DNA of 64,000 nucleotides, from NCBI GenBank assembly GCA_965644295.1, contig CBFFRP010000066.1, positions 62,001 to 126,000 of the forward strand, given 5' to 3'. The translations under genes and the position numbers were made by a program. The notes below the pieces were generated by a model. That model did no database searches. It saw only the letters and a list, made by a program, of their open reading frames with translations, and was not told the DNA's origin. Source of the DNA: Paraphysomonas bandaiensis. Taxonomy: Eukaryota; Protista; Chrysophyceae. Of the stretch, positions 1 to 14,303 are shown in pieces; position 1 is the first letter of the stretch; each line of letters opens with the position of its first letter.

Positions 1-865
1 ACCACTACCTTTGCAGTGTATGTGATGTGCTGTGGGACGACCCGTTTTAGCCCAGTCAGTAAATACGGTCAACTCTCCATTCGAGGTATCGTTGAACATT
101 GCGACAGGACCATGAAATATCTTGATGTGAATATCTTGTTCAACAGGATCCAGTGATATGGGTATTGCCTCTAGGTTGTCACGTCCATCCTGGAGCTCCA
201 ACAACGCATAGTCCATTTTAGTGTTATAGCGAATAACCTTGACGGGACGGATATCGTCGTCGAAAACGAGTTTCCCGTTTCTCTTACAAACGGAAAGAGT
301 AATGGAATACAAGAGATTTCCACGATCCATGAAGTGTTGACACGACAGTAAATACTTCGACGAGATGGCAAAACATGTTCCCACAGGCTGACAGTTGCCT
401 CTATCACAGATAAAGAACACTGAATTCGGATAAATGGGATTTGGAAGCTCTGACATGGTAACTGTATATACAAAGCATATCATATAAAAATATTCGGGTG
501 TGGATGGTATGAAATGATGGATGTATGAGTGATTGAGTATACAGTGAACGACTCTGTTTGAAATGCAGCAGTACACACAAACTGAAAAGTTTACCTCTCA
601 ACTTCTTCTCTTCACGTAACTCCTCCATTCGGTACATATGCTCCTCCTTCCGGCGTAAACTTTCACGTAAAAACTCCTCCTCTTCGTGTAAAAACTTCTT
701 CTCTTCGTATAAACGTTCAAGTTTACGGCTCCAAAATTGTTTGTCGTCGTCGGCTAGTGCTTTGGCTTCAGTATCTTCAATAGAAGACTCCACCCTTCGA
801 ATCTGTTCATTAACTTGGTTGATTTCAGTCTCAACACGGTCTATTGCTGCATTGATATCACTCAT
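1..865 (-). CDS. Crinkler-like modular protein: coiled-coil header exon (865-595) spliced to a trypsin-like serine protease exon (461 to <1); 3' end is outside the window
   Basis: ATG at 865 (MSDINAAIDRVETEINQ...), then a phase-1 GT..AG intron at 594-462. I translated exon 2 by hand; it is open to the window edge and reads ...PVGTCFAISSKYLLSCQHFMD...KMDYALLELQDG..., matching the His and Asp motifs of Trypsin_2-type peptidases. Confidence 0.75.
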
Positions 866-993
866 CTTATATACAGTGATATTAACAATGATAATATGTA
901 TGTATGTATGTCTAGTCTGTAGAAGAGTGATTGATTCTACTATATGGAGAAGCACGTAGCTAGTAAGATCATTGACCTCGTATGCTATTGTTA

Positions 994-1144
994 CGTATCG
1001 GCAGTCAGAATCTTATTTTTCGGAAATAAATTGAAGTAAATATTCTTTATATTACTGCAATGAAACTACGGCTGGAATATACATAATTATTGACTCAATA
1101 TTAGAGGCATCTTGGAACAAAAATATACAAAGAATGCTGATACG
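994..1144. mobile_element. MITE family A, copy 1 (~150 bp)
   Basis: Termini CGTATCGGCA...TGCTGATACG are inverted repeats; flanked by TA/TA; five further copies in the window. Confidence 0.8.
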
Positions 1145-1174
1145 TACCCCACACTTCGATACAGCAGAAGAAAT

Positions 1175-1315
1175 AATTCTGCCTGTGGGAATAAGTATGT
1201 CGATCCAGCAAAAAAATCGACTTTTTCTCATTATTTCTCTGAAATATATTCGTCAAAAAACAACATGCATCAAAAAAGCCTGGATTTTTTTGCTGTTATT
1301 CCCACAGACAGAATT
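1175..1315. mobile_element. MITE family B, copy 1
   Basis: 20-bp inverted ends AATTCTGCCTGTGGGAATAA / TTATTCCCACAGACAGAATT (19/20 match); an inverted homologue lies at 39312-39456. Confidence 0.65.
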
Positions 1316-1360
1316 CGCTCTCTGTGGTCGGCAACAAGTGCGATAATTGTCTGCTTACAC

Positions 1361-4300
1361 GTTTTTCTAAACGGTCGAAACTATGTAAAATTGTGTAAAT
1401 TACGTATTATTAGAGTATGTATTTTGTATATACGGTTGCTGGTATACTGGCAGGGGTGTGTTAGATGTGAGGGTCATGTCACCATACATAGACACACAGA
1501 CAGTCTATTGTGGGGTGAAATTATGACCCAACCTGCAGATTAAAACAAAGGACGATTGATGGAGTCGTTAATGGACTGACTTGACTTCACTGTACCGCAA
1601 GCTTCATGCTGTGCAAGACCAGTACGATGACTTTTAACCGCTTGAGACAACTGATTCATGTGTGTGGTTATTACCATCAGAAGAGACAGTGAAGTGGAAG
1701 AGGGCCCTTACAAGAGGATAAAATACTGCTTGAGTCGTTATTTTGCAGAATGCATGCTCAGTGTGCATCCTGTGAAGTTCTCCCGTTAATTCAAGGATTC
1801 AAGTAATGTGACCGTTAGCTTCTTCAATATCCATCAATTTCTCGTGGTATGTATATTAGTAGGTTCTAAGTAGTAATTGCCGTTAATTTTTACTTCGTAA
1901 GATGTTAATGCGAATACCGTCTTATTTTAATTGAATACATGCTTTGTCTTTTCATAATTGATACAGATCTGCAATATTGCTGGTTTTTATATTATTTCCT
2001 ACTTTGCAATATATATATTATACTGTGTTTATTGTTGTTAATTATGGTACCTCTAGGTCGTATTGGTATTATATTTTTAGGTAGTACCTATAGGTTGTAT
2101 TGATACATGTAGGCAGTGCCTGTAGGTACATTTTAATATAAATAGGGATACTTATCAGTAGGAAATGTAGAGGTTATAGATACCACCTATAGGGAGGCGA
2201 TTAGGCACGTGTATTAGTGCAATATCATATGTCGATATTGGCATCATTTAATCCAACCATAAGTCCAACGCTCCTGACATACTCCTCATTGGGGTAATCA
2301 GCCATTAGTGGATCATTTGCTTCCAACAGCATTCTTAGTACTGCAATAGCTGCACTTAACTTAGAACGTCTTTCTTAGGCGCTTCTTCCATAATAGCAAT
2401 AAATCAACAACTATGGATAAGTCTACAATTACAATACTATTTACAAGCAACTTCCAGAGTAAAGAATTTGCATCTTATTATGAATAATCAATATATACTA
2501 CCTACGATTACCAGGTATCATGGTAATGTCAACATAATATTCTACTAATAGGCTGGCGTATTCATCCTCTGCAGAGTGTTACAGGTAGCACTAATATTCT
2601 ATTTATGATAGATGGTAAATATCAAGATACAAAGCACCCTATATCTAGGTGACAATGATTGACATGTTTCAATACACCGTCCTTATTTACATCAATACGT
2701 ATAGGGCACAGTGAGAAAGTAATATATCTTACATTCATATTAGTATATGCATACTCAATTGACAATTGAAGTTATTCTTGCGTGGGTCTCTCCATTATCG
2801 AACTCTGAAGTGTGTCATTTTCGTCATATGCTCTGTATCATAGAATCAAAATTTCTAAATTAAATATTTTCACAACATAATTCAAGAACGTTACCCTAAG
2901 GCTCCTCTGGTGTTACATGACAATCGAGTTCATACGGCTCCGCAGAGTATGCTGCACGTCAACAATGATTGACATGCTCCAACACAGTATCTTTATATAC
3001 ATCAATACGCACAGGACACTATGAGAAAGTATCTATAAATGATACAATCATAGTAGTATTTACCTTCAAATCAGAGAGGAGAATGACACTCAAGTGGAGT
3101 TATTCTTATGTGAGTCTCTCTGATGATCAGCTCTGCAGTATGAGTATACTCATATGCTCTGTTTCGAACCACTAAATTGAATATATTACAATATCATCCG
3201 ATCGTATTACCTGAGAGCCCTCTGGTGTTATGGTCACGGAATCAACTCTGCTATCTCTGTCTTTGAAATAGACCAACTCTCCTGTATGATTGCCACTTAA
3301 CCATACCTTTCACCAGCTAAATCAACAACCAGCAGCATATGGCATGAAAGAACTATGAGCTCATGTATTCCCAGTGAGGTTATGATCATATCAGCCTGCG
3401 TTCCTCTTATTACTGTAAAAGTATCGCATCGTATCCTGTATGTGAAGCTAACAGACATCTGCCTGTCTCTGGATTCTGTGGACAATATGCCGATTATTAT
3501 CTTGAAAATGTGTAGTTTTGTGACATTTTTGAGTGAAAAACCAGGGGATTTTTTAGTTTAGGTTGTGTAATTCATTTTACATAGTTCTTCTAGTTTCGCT
3601 AAACCCAAAAACTCACACACACTACAATAGAGAATAATTTTTTCTCGTGTAAATTATTTTACACAACTCCCAAAAATCCTGCCTTTAGTTTTACATAGAT
3701 CGGTGGGTTTTTCTAAACGGTCGAAACTATGTAAAATTGTGTAAATTACGTATTATTAGAGTATGTATTTTGTATATACGGTTGCTGGTATACTGGCAGG
3801 GGTGTGTTAGATGTGAGGGTCATGTCACCATACATAGACACACAGACAGTCTATTGTGGGGTGAAATTATGACCCAACCTGCAGATTAAAACAAAGGACG
3901 ATTGATGGAGTCGTTAATGGACTGACTTGACTTCACTGTACCGCAAGCTTCATGCTGTGCAAGACCAGTACGATGACTTTTAACCGCTTGAGACAACTGA
4001 TTCATGTGTGTGGTTATTACCATCAGAAGAGACAGTGAAGTGGAAGAGGGCCCTTACAAGAGGATAAAATACTGCTTGAGTCGTTATTTTGCAGAATGCA
4101 TGCTCAGTGTGCATCCTGTGAAGTTCTCCCGTTAATTCAAGGATTCAAGTAATGTGACCGTTAGCTTCTTCAATATCCATCAATGGCAGCGTTCATATTA
4201 GTATTATCAATGCATGCAATTAATAGAAAAAATATTTTGGGTAAATTATTTCCTATATAAACCCTCTGTATCAGCATCGTGCTCCAGAAGTTGTCTCGGT

Positions 4301-7300
4301 GTAAGATCGGTGTAAGATGGCTTGGACGAACAAATGTTATCATTACCTTGGAAGCTAACTGAACTCAGATTGGCGGTGAAGACATCTGAAGTGCACAATG
4401 CTTCTGCTTCTTAGCAGGTGATTGGGAGCTAGTTTACACTTTGGTTCAGATTTCTCGTGGTATGTATATTAGTAGGTTCTAAGTAGTAATTGCCGTTAAT
4501 TTTTACTTCGTAAGATGTTAATGCGAATACCGTCTTATTTTAATTGAATACATGCTTTGTCTTTTCATAATTGATACAGATCTGCAATATTGCTGGTTTT
4601 TATATTATTTCCTACTTTGCAATATATATATTATACTGTGTTTATTGTTGTTAATTATGGTACCTCTAGGTCGTATTGGTATTATATTTTTAGGTAGTAC
4701 CTATAGGTTGTATTGATACATGTAGGCAGTGCCTGTAGGTACATTTTAATATAAATAGGGATACTTATCAGTAGGAAATGTAGAGGTTATAGATACCACC
4801 TATAGGGAGGCGATTAGGCACGTGTATTAGTGCAATATCATATGTCGATATTGGCATCATTTAATCCAACCATAAGTCCAACGCTCCTGACATACTCCTC
4901 ATTGGGGTAATCAGCCATTAGTGGATCATTTGCTTCCAACAGCATTCTTAGTACTGCAATAGCTGCACTTAACTTAGAACGTCTTTCTTAGGCGCTTCTT
5001 CCATAATAGCAATAAATCAACAACTATGGATAAGTCTACAATTACAATACTATTTACAAGCAACTTCCAGAGTAAAGAATTTGCATCTTATTATGAATAA
5101 TCAATATATACTACCTACGATTACCAGGTATCATGGTAATGTCAACATAATATTCTACTAATAGGCTGGCGTATTCATCCTCTGCAGAGTGTTACAGGTA
5201 GCACTAATATTCTATTTATGATAGATGGTAAATATCAAGATACAAAGCACCCTATATCTAGGTGACAATGATTGACATGTTTCAATACACCGTCCTTATT
5301 TACATCAATACGTATAGGGCACAGTGAGAAAGTAATATATCTTACATTCATATTAGTATATGCATACTCAATTGACAATTGAAGTTATTCTTGCGTGGGT
5401 CTCTCCATTATCGAACTCTGAAGTGTGTCATTTTCGTCATATGCTCTGTATCATAGAATCAAAATTTCTAAATTAAATATTTTCACAACATAATTCAAGA
5501 ACGTTACCCTAAGGCTCCTCTGGTGTTACATGACAATCGAGTTCATACGGCTCCGCAGAGTATGCTGCACGTCAACAATGATTGACATGCTCCAACACAG
5601 TATCTTTATATACATCAATACGCACAGGACACTATGAGAAAGTATCTATAAATGATACAATCATAGTAGTATTTACCTTCAAATCAGAGAGGAGAATGAC
5701 ACTCAAGTGGAGTTATTCTTATGTGAGTCTCTCTGATGATCAGCTCTGCAGTATGAGTATACTCATATGCTCTGTTTCGAACCACTAAATTGAATATATT
5801 ACAATATCATCCGATCGTATTACCTGAGAGCCCTCTGGTGTTATGGTCACGGAATCAACTCTGCTATCTCTGTCTTTGAAATAGACCAACTCTCCTGTAT
5901 GATTGCCACTTAACCATACCTTTCACCAGCTAAATCAACAACCAGCAGCATATGGCATGAAAGAACTATGAGCTCATGTATTCCCAGTGAGGTTATGATC
6001 ATATCAGCCTGCGTTCCTCTTATTACTGTAAAAGTATCGCATCGTATCCTGTATGTGAAGCTAACAGACATCTGCCTGTCTCTGGATTCTGTGGACAATA
6101 TGCCGATTATTATCTTGAAAATGTGTAGTTTTGTGACATTTTTGAGTGAAAAACCAGGGGATTTTTTAGTTTAGGTTGTGTAATTCATTTTACATAGTTC
6201 TTCTAGTTTCGCTAAACCCAAAAACTCACACACACTACAATAGAGAATAATTTTTTCTCGTGTAAATTATTTTACACAACTCCCAAAAATCCTGCCTTTA
6301 GTTTTACATAGATCGGTGGGTTTTTCTAAACGGTCGAAACTATGTAAAATTGTGTAAATTACGTATTATTAGAGTATGTATTTTGTATATACGGTTGCTG
6401 GTATACTGGCAGGGGTGTGTTAGATGTGAGGGTCATGTCACCATACATAGACACACAGACAGTCTATTGTGGGGTGAAATTATGACCCAACCTGCAGATT
6501 AAAACAAAGGACGATTGATGGAGTCGTTAATGGACTGACTTGACTTCACTGTACCGCAAGCTTCATGCTGTGCAAGACCAGTACGATGACTTTTAACCGC
6601 TTGAGACAACTGATTCATGTGTGTGGTTATTACCATCAGAAGAGACAGTGAAGTGGAAGAGGGCCCTTACAAGAGGATAAAATACTGCTTGAGTCGTTAT
6701 TTTGCAGAATGCATGCTCAGTGTGCATCCTGTGAAGTTCTCCCGTTAATTCAAGGATTCAAGTAATGTGACCGTTAGCTTCTTCAATATCCATCAATGGC
6801 AGCGTTCATATTAGTATTATCAATGCATGCAATTAATAGAAAAAATATTTTGGGTAAATTATTTCCTATATAAACCCTCTGTATCAGCATCGTGCTCCAG
6901 AAGTTGTCTCGGTGTAAGATCGGTGTAAGATGGCTTGGACGAACAAATGTTATCATTACCTTGGAAGCTAACTGAACTCAGATTGGCGGTGAAGACATCT
7001 GAAGTGCACAATGCTTCTGCTTCTTAGCAGGTGATTGGGAGCTAGTTTACACTTTGGTTCAGATTTCTCGTGGTATGTATATTAGTAGGTTCTAAGTAGT
7101 AATTGCCGTTAATTTTTACTTCGTAAGATGTTAATGCGAATACCGTCTTATTTTAATTGAATACATGCTTTGTCTTTTCATAATTGATACAGATCTGCAA
7201 TATTGCTGGTTTTTATATTATTTCCTACTTTGCAATATATATATTATACTGTGTTTATTGTTGTTAATTATGGTACCTCTAGGTCGTATTGGTATTATAT

Positions 7301-8939
7301 TTTTAGGTAGTACCTATAGGTTGTATTGATACATGTAGGCAGTGCCTGTAGGTACATTTTAATATAAATAGGGATACTTATCAGTAGGAAATGTAGAGGT
7401 TATAGATACCACCTATAGGGAGGCGATTAGGCACGTGTATTAGTGCAATATCATATGTCGATATTGGCATCATTTAATCCAACCATAAGTCCAACGCTCC
7501 TGACATACTCCTCATTGGGGTAATCAGCCATTAGTGGATCATTTGCTTCCAACAGCATTCTTAGTACTGCAATAGCTGCACTTAACTTAGAACGTCTTTC
7601 TTAGGCGCTTCTTCCATAATAGCAATAAATCAACAACTATGGATAAGTCTACAATTACAATACTATTTACAAGCAACTTCCAGAGTAAAGAATTTGCATC
7701 TTATTATGAATAATCAATATATACTACCTACGATTACCAGGTATCATGGTAATGTCAACATAATATTCTACTAATAGGCTGGCGTATTCATCCTCTGCAG
7801 AGTGTTACAGGTAGCACTAATATTCTATTTATGATAGATGGTAAATATCAAGATACAAAGCACCCTATATCTAGGTGACAATGATTGACATGTTTCAATA
7901 CACCGTCCTTATTTACATCAATACGTATAGGGCACAGTGAGAAAGTAATATATCTTACATTCATATTAGTATATGCATACTCAATTGACAATTGAAGTTA
8001 TTCTTGCGTGGGTCTCTCCATTATCGAACTCTGAAGTGTGTCATTTTCGTCATATGCTCTGTATCATAGAATCAAAATTTCTAAATTAAATATTTTCACA
8101 ACATAATTCAAGAACGTTACCCTAAGGCTCCTCTGGTGTTACATGACAATCGAGTTCATACGGCTCCGCAGAGTATGCTGCACGTCAACAATGATTGACA
8201 TGCTCCAACACAGTATCTTTATATACATCAATACGCACAGGACACTATGAGAAAGTATCTATAAATGATACAATCATAGTAGTATTTACCTTCAAATCAG
8301 AGAGGAGAATGACACTCAAGTGGAGTTATTCTTATGTGAGTCTCTCTGATGATCAGCTCTGCAGTATGAGTATACTCATATGCTCTGTTTCGAACCACTA
8401 AATTGAATATATTACAATATCATCCGATCGTATTACCTGAGAGCCCTCTGGTGTTATGGTCACGGAATCAACTCTGCTATCTCTGTCTTTGAAATAGACC
8501 AACTCTCCTGTATGATTGCCACTTAACCATACCTTTCACCAGCTAAATCAACAACCAGCAGCATATGGCATGAAAGAACTATGAGCTCATGTATTCCCAG
8601 TGAGGTTATGATCATATCAGCCTGCGTTCCTCTTATTACTGTAAAAGTATCGCATCGTATCCTGTATGTGAAGCTAACAGACATCTGCCTGTCTCTGGAT
8701 TCTGTGGACAATATGCCGATTATTATCTTGAAAATGTGTAGTTTTGTGACATTTTTGAGTGAAAAACCAGGGGATTTTTTAGTTTAGGTTGTGTAATTCA
8801 TTTTACATAGTTCTTCTAGTTTCGCTAAACCCAAAAACTCACACACACTACAATAGAGAATAATTTTTTCTCGTGTAAATTATTTTACACAACTCCCAAA
8901 AATCCTGCCTTTAGTTTTACATAGATCGGTGGGTTTTTC
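1361..8939. repeat. Three head-to-tail copies of a 2613-bp unit (starts 1361, 3707, 6320); copy 1 lacks 267 bp
   Basis: Identical ORFs recur at 2613-bp spacing (2969/5582/8195). Each unit begins GTTTTTCTAAACGGTCG. The segment at about 4185-4451 is absent from copy 1. Confidence 0.95.
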
Positions 8940-9198
8940 ATAATCAAAAACCGCTTTTATTATTCCAAAAGCGCGTTGGTTGCCGACCACAGCCTAAAAA
9001 AACAACCCAGATGTGTAGATAAGTACACTGTGCATATCCATAGTACGTATATGGCACTGTACATATACAGAGCAGAGTACAGTACAACCCTGCTTACATA
9101 TATATACACTGCACATATCATCCATACACACCATCCACATGAATAAATCATTACCATTATAGTAATTACCTCTCATCTCACTCCTAGAGTACGATACA

Positions 9199-10104
9199 AT
9201 GGCAAAAAATTACATGGAGTTGCATGGGACAGAAGATGATAAGTGTTTAAGAAATATGTTTGCAAACTCATCTGATAGTGATGATGACGACTCTGTGCAG
9301 TTAGATGCCGTTGTAGAGCAATTAGATGCAAAAGACGTTGAGGGAAGCAATATATCATACTTTACATGCATAAACGGCAATCAGATTGCAATAGAAACAA
9401 ATAGAGTGCTTGGGATTGCGTTTCAGTTATGGCCGGCGGCATCGCTTCTTTGTCGCTATATAGAAGAGAATTACTACGAGCTCGTACCTCATCCGCAAAA
9501 CACTTACGTGATAGAGCTAGGTGCGGGTGTGGGCTTGTGTGGCATTCACATGGCGAGTTTGAGTTGTGCACACGTGTTGGTAACAGATCTTCCAGAGGCA
9601 ATGGAACTTATCCAAAAGAATATAGACCACAATAGACATCTGTACTCTTCACACACGAAAATTCAACCCGCTGTTCTCTCCTGGGGTCGTCAAGAGGAGT
9701 ATATTGCATGTACAGAGGCATTGTCTATGCCCACTGATTCCTCGTTGTTAATGATTGCTGCTGATTGTGTATACTGGGAGTGTTTGTATGAACCCTTCAT
9801 TGACTGTTTACTACACTTTACACAAACCTACAAAGCTACAGTCATTCTGGCCCATGTTAAACGATGGAAAAAGGAAAAGAAATTCTTTTCCATGTGTAGC
9901 AAGAAAATGAAGGTTGAAGTTGTTTCGGAAAAAGTTGAATTGGTGGAAGATCTTGACCAACAACAGACTACTTCACCAGATTGTGATGATGCAGAGAGCG
10001 CGAGTATTGTAGATAGCGATGTAAAATCTAGTGAAGTGGATCACGTATCCATGAGATACCGTCGGCAAGTATCACGTGTATATAAAATATCTTGCAAAGA
10101 TTAG
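9199..10104 (+). CDS. METTL21-like (Methyltransf_16) protein-lysine methyltransferase
   Basis: LWPAASLL, motif I VIELGAGVGLCG, VTDL, LSWG and the DCVY (DxxY) motif. Confidence 0.88.
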   Translation: MAKNYMELHGTEDDKCLRNMFANSSDSDDDDSVQLDAVVEQLDAKDVEGSNISYFTCINGNQIAIETNRVLGIAFQLWPAASLLCRYIEENYYELVPHPQNTYVIELGAGVGLCGIHMASLSCAHVLVTDLPEAMELIQKNIDHNRHLYSSHTKIQPAVLSWGRQEEYIACTEALSMPTDSSLLMIAADCVYWECLYEPFIDCLLHFTQTYKATVILAHVKRWKKEKKFFSMCSKKMKVEVVSEKVELVEDLDQQQTTSPDCDDAESASIVDSDVKSSEVDHVSMRYRRQVSRVYKISCKD

Positions 10105-10424
10105 TAATATGAAATAACGACGAACTTTGTTTTGAGTGATTTTGCAACATGCTTCGTCTACGTTTTTGTACTATACCAAATTCATCCACGAATTGTTTAC
10201 ATGATCATCGTAAAATGAAATTCTTTTAAATTGTAAGATATTTTAAAATTAAAATTCAGGTAATGCAATGGCAAATGCTGAAAGTATATATAGGAATATA
10301 GTATATAGATACTGAACTCTGACGTAACTCATATAATTCTATGCTTAGTTCATGGAATACATTGCACGAAGAGTCTAAGAAAGATCTATATTATAGTGTC
10401 TTATTAACGCTGAACATTGAATTT

Positions 10425-11494
10425 CTAATTTCTTGGCCCTCCTATAGTCGCTATACCGTACTCCTTGCAGCGTTTATAAAATATTGATTTAGCTACATTA
10501 TACACGAATTCATCACTTCCATCCCTCCACTCCAATCTTCGTAACAAGATTGCCAACTCTTTATTTCGTTCGGTCGAGTGTACATAATTCTTCCTGTATG
10601 ACATCGCATACACGGGGCGCATAGTCGGGACGTCAGTCAGGTGGCCCGGACCAAACATTGCAATGAACAAATCATACGTTGCTTTGCTTTCTTCGGTGAG
10701 TCCTACAACAAGCATGGCGTTACACAATGTACATGTAAACTATACAAAGTGCTAAGTAGTGGGGTATGTAATGGCAAAGTCATTATGCAATTAGGTGCTG
10801 GATTTTATATCTTGATCAAGTGGCACATATCTAAGCATGCATATAGCTATATACCGATAAAAGCAAAGTCTTCGGCGATTCTCCTCTGAGCTTCCTTTAA
10901 TTCAATTTTGGAAAATTTAGGTATAATACTGCCGCAGTGATGACCCAGCACCATCTTAGATTGACATTGTGATATACCAGGAAGCAAACCATAAGCATAG
11001 ATAGGATATTGTGCGGCCGTAATGTTGGCACGTATCTGAGGCTCGAGCTCGTAATTCGGATACCCTCTGGGAATCATGATACCGTCCGCAAAAAGAAAAG
11101 CAGATATGAGTCGATCAATCGGCTTGCGGAACATCGTCACAGTAGCACCTTTGAGCGAAGTTTCATAAGGTACATGGTGTCCATAATGATCATGAGTAGT
11201 TATGATTTTCATGTCACATTTCCATGACGACAAATTAAATCGAACTCTATCAGCAAGAAATATATTCTCTTCGGGTGATACATGATACCCCTTGTCAATA
11301 TCAGCACAACCCCATCGTAGTAACATATCTCCTAACCATGATGATGTCTTTTGAATATGCATCCAATACACTTCATTGAGTGAACGTACAGATCCCCTCT
11401 TCGTATCATATGTGGATTGACACATACACAACTGAACGATATGTAGAGATGTTAACACCACAACTACCGTATATACTTGCATTAAATGTATCAT
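10425..11494 (-). CDS. Secretory-pathway sulfotransferase (Sulfotransfer_2-like), 2 exons: 11494-10855 and 10702-10425
   Basis: N-terminal hydrophobic segment; PAPS-binding motifs WMHIQKTSS and MFRKPIDRLISAF; a phase-1 GT-AG intron joins FAFIG|LTEE. Confidence 0.8.
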
Positions 11495-12133
11495 TCTAAC
11501 AAACTACAATGTATACTATGAAATTAAGCGCTTATAGTGTTAAAGTGTGTGCATATATGTATGTATATATATATTCAGTGCTTATACAGTTAGTGTTTAG
11601 ATACGCTTATGCATACACTATAATCAGTTGATAGAACACAATCAATAGAATAAAGAAGAGAATCCATGCAATGAATTGAAGAAATGAGGATAACTAAGTG
11701 AGAATGAGAGCATAGTATGCAATAGATTCCTTACTACGAGCAGTTCACATGTCAGTTAAGAATTGTCCACTCGCAAAATTGTAAAATTTGTAAAATTTGT
11801 AAAAATTGTAAAAAATAAATTCCATGTATGTATTAACTATATATAAAACACATCCCCACAATGTAAAAAAAATAATTATGACAATATTACCTCTCAATAT
11901 ACCAGTATATACATACCCATACAACTAGAAATACACATTTTCAGTTTTCATCATAATCCCATAAAAAAAAAAACTCTATTAAAAAAATATATATATTTTC
12001 AGTTTTTTTGTTGTCCATTAAAGATTCATGTGTTTGTGGAGGGGTGTAGGACTCCATCATCACTTAACTTAACAACAGGAAATGACTGTATCCATTCTTT
12101 ACCATTTATTAATTGCTGGGGTTTCAGTTAACA

Positions 12134-12906
12134 ATGGTAATATATCATATCATATGCATCATTGTAACTAATCTGTTGTCTGTGACATGTGCTGTCTCTT
12201 CATTGATCAAATCAGGTCTCTCTGAAGCTGCAAAAGAGGTAGTATATAATCATATATGTATATATATATATATATTCATGTATATATATTAAAGGCTTGC
12301 TGCCTCCGTATTGAAATGCGGAAAGAAGAAGGTCTGGTTGGATCCTAATGAGGCCACTGAGATCTCCGTCGCTAATAGTCGTCAGAATATTCGCAAACTT
12401 GTCAAGGATGGGTTCATCATTAGAAAGCCCCAAGTCGTTCACTCCAAGGCTCGTCATAACCGCCAGTTGGAGGCCAAGAGGAAGGGTCGCCACACCGGTG
12501 AGTTTAGATGTTGTTGAATGATAGTTTTATTGTTTTAATGATATCTTATCTGATTATCTTGTATACAGGATATGGTTGCCGTAAGGGTACCATGAATGCT
12601 CGTATGCCTTTCAAGGTACTCTGGATGAGACGTGCCCGTGTCCTCCGTCGTCTTCTCCGCAAGTACAGAGATGCCAAGAAGATTGACAAGCACCTTTACC
12701 ACGAGCTTTACGCTGCCTCCAAGGGTAACCAGTTCAAGAACAAGAGAGTTTTGATGGAGACTATACACAGTAAGAAGGCAGAGCTCGCCAGACAGAAGCT
12801 CCTTGCCGAGCAGGCCGAGGCCCGCAAGGTTAAGGCCAAGCTTAAGGCTGAGAAGAAGGCTGCTAAGGACCAGAAGAAGCACGCGGAGAGAGCTTCTGAA
12901 GAGTAA
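12134..12906 (+). CDS. RPL19: 60S ribosomal protein eL19, 4 exons (12134-12136, 12216-12238, 12295-12497, 12569-12906; 188 aa)
   Basis: The spliced product reads [28 protein letters not shown]...[13 protein letters not shown]...[11 protein letters not shown]; all introns are GT-AG and preserve the frame. Confidence 0.97.
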
Positions 12907-13449
12907 ATATTGACCGTATGATACCCCAGCTTATAGTTGGTGAATTGATTGATTAGCACCTTGTATTAATTCAATTCAGTTCCTAATTATATTATTACTT
13001 TTCTATTATTGATATTTTACTAGCATAGATAAGACATTTTACAATCGAAATGTGCACGATCACATGACCAAAAGTAAAATTATCCTGCATGATACCACCG
13101 GTTGTGAGCTCTTCCTACATTCCTATCCATAGTGAAAAAGGAGTAATACTATACAATTTTGTTAGTGACACTACTTTTGGTATAAATGATTCGTAGTAGT
13201 CAACTTAGTTGCAATTCTCAGAATTCAGAATAGGACCTAGTCTTAATTAATGGTTGTTTCGTTGTTTTATCCATTGTTTATTGTTTACATATTGTCATGG
13301 TACGTAGAACGTAGACCTGAAGATACAGTACCTAATGATACAAACAAAAAATATTTACATGGTAAAGCTACCCACTTGGGAATGTATGTGATGTTTGTGT
13401 GTATACGTGCATGCAATTTTTGCATTCATTACATGATAGGTAGAATGTA

Positions 13450-14023
13450 TTAGTCCCTCAACAAAGTCCCTTCTCGTGGTGTCCCGGGGGATAAGTACCG
13501 GAGATATTTCTCCGGGAAACTAACGTGAGCCGCAAACATAGTCAGCAGATATTGTTCTGCCCACTCATAGCCGAATGCTTGTGTGGTACAAGGTAGAGCA
13601 ATAAATGTCACTTGTGTAGACGTCTTTGGGCCTTGACGAATAAACAGGCATTCGGGAATGGGCCCACCTCAAGGGCATCCGGGACAGGGCCCACCTGAAG
13701 GGTATTCGAGGTATTGGGCTACTTGCTGAAGTCAAGCATCCGGAATGTTCACCTTAAGGACTCAAAAACTTGAAGTCAGCAGATGTCAGGTATATCAACA
13801 TTCTGCTTGCTCACGGCGTTTGCTTTGAGCGATAGGAGGTGGTTGGACCTTGGTGCTTGCGACGACGTAGAAGCAGCCTCCGTAGTGTTAAATAGTAGGA
13901 TAATAGAGTTTGTACTTGTTAGTTACAGGTTACACGCAGACGTCTATCTAGCTTGACTAGTTTTTTTCTAGCTACTAAACTGGTGCTGATTCTTAACGCC
14001 TATTGCTAATAATAGGACCTTCA
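13450..14023. repeat. Dispersed repeat family C (possible LTR/DIRS-type fragment)
   Basis: Shares the end CGCCTATTGCTAATAATARGAC and internal blocks with 27287-27590, 43780-43915, 51563-51770 and 56985-57115. No TSD found. Confidence 0.6.
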
Positions 14024-14303
14024 ATATATAAATGATTATGCTAGTCATATATCTATTTGAACTGTTGCTACAATCCTACCTACAATTATACTTTCCATAA
14101 TTAGACTAAAACATAAGCGTAATTAAAATACTCAGTTAATCTTAGAAGATTTTTATTATCAACAGCACACAATTCGCTACGACAACACTATATTCAATCA
14201 AGAACACACATACAGATATAAATCCAAGGTATTTTACAATACACAAATACCATACTACTACACACAAATCAGTACATGCAACTTACAACAACTTGCAAAT
14301 CAG

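Noticed and set aside
171-473. 100-aa minus-strand ORF
   Set aside because: It overlaps the trypsin-like exon in another frame, and only that other frame carries recognisable motifs.
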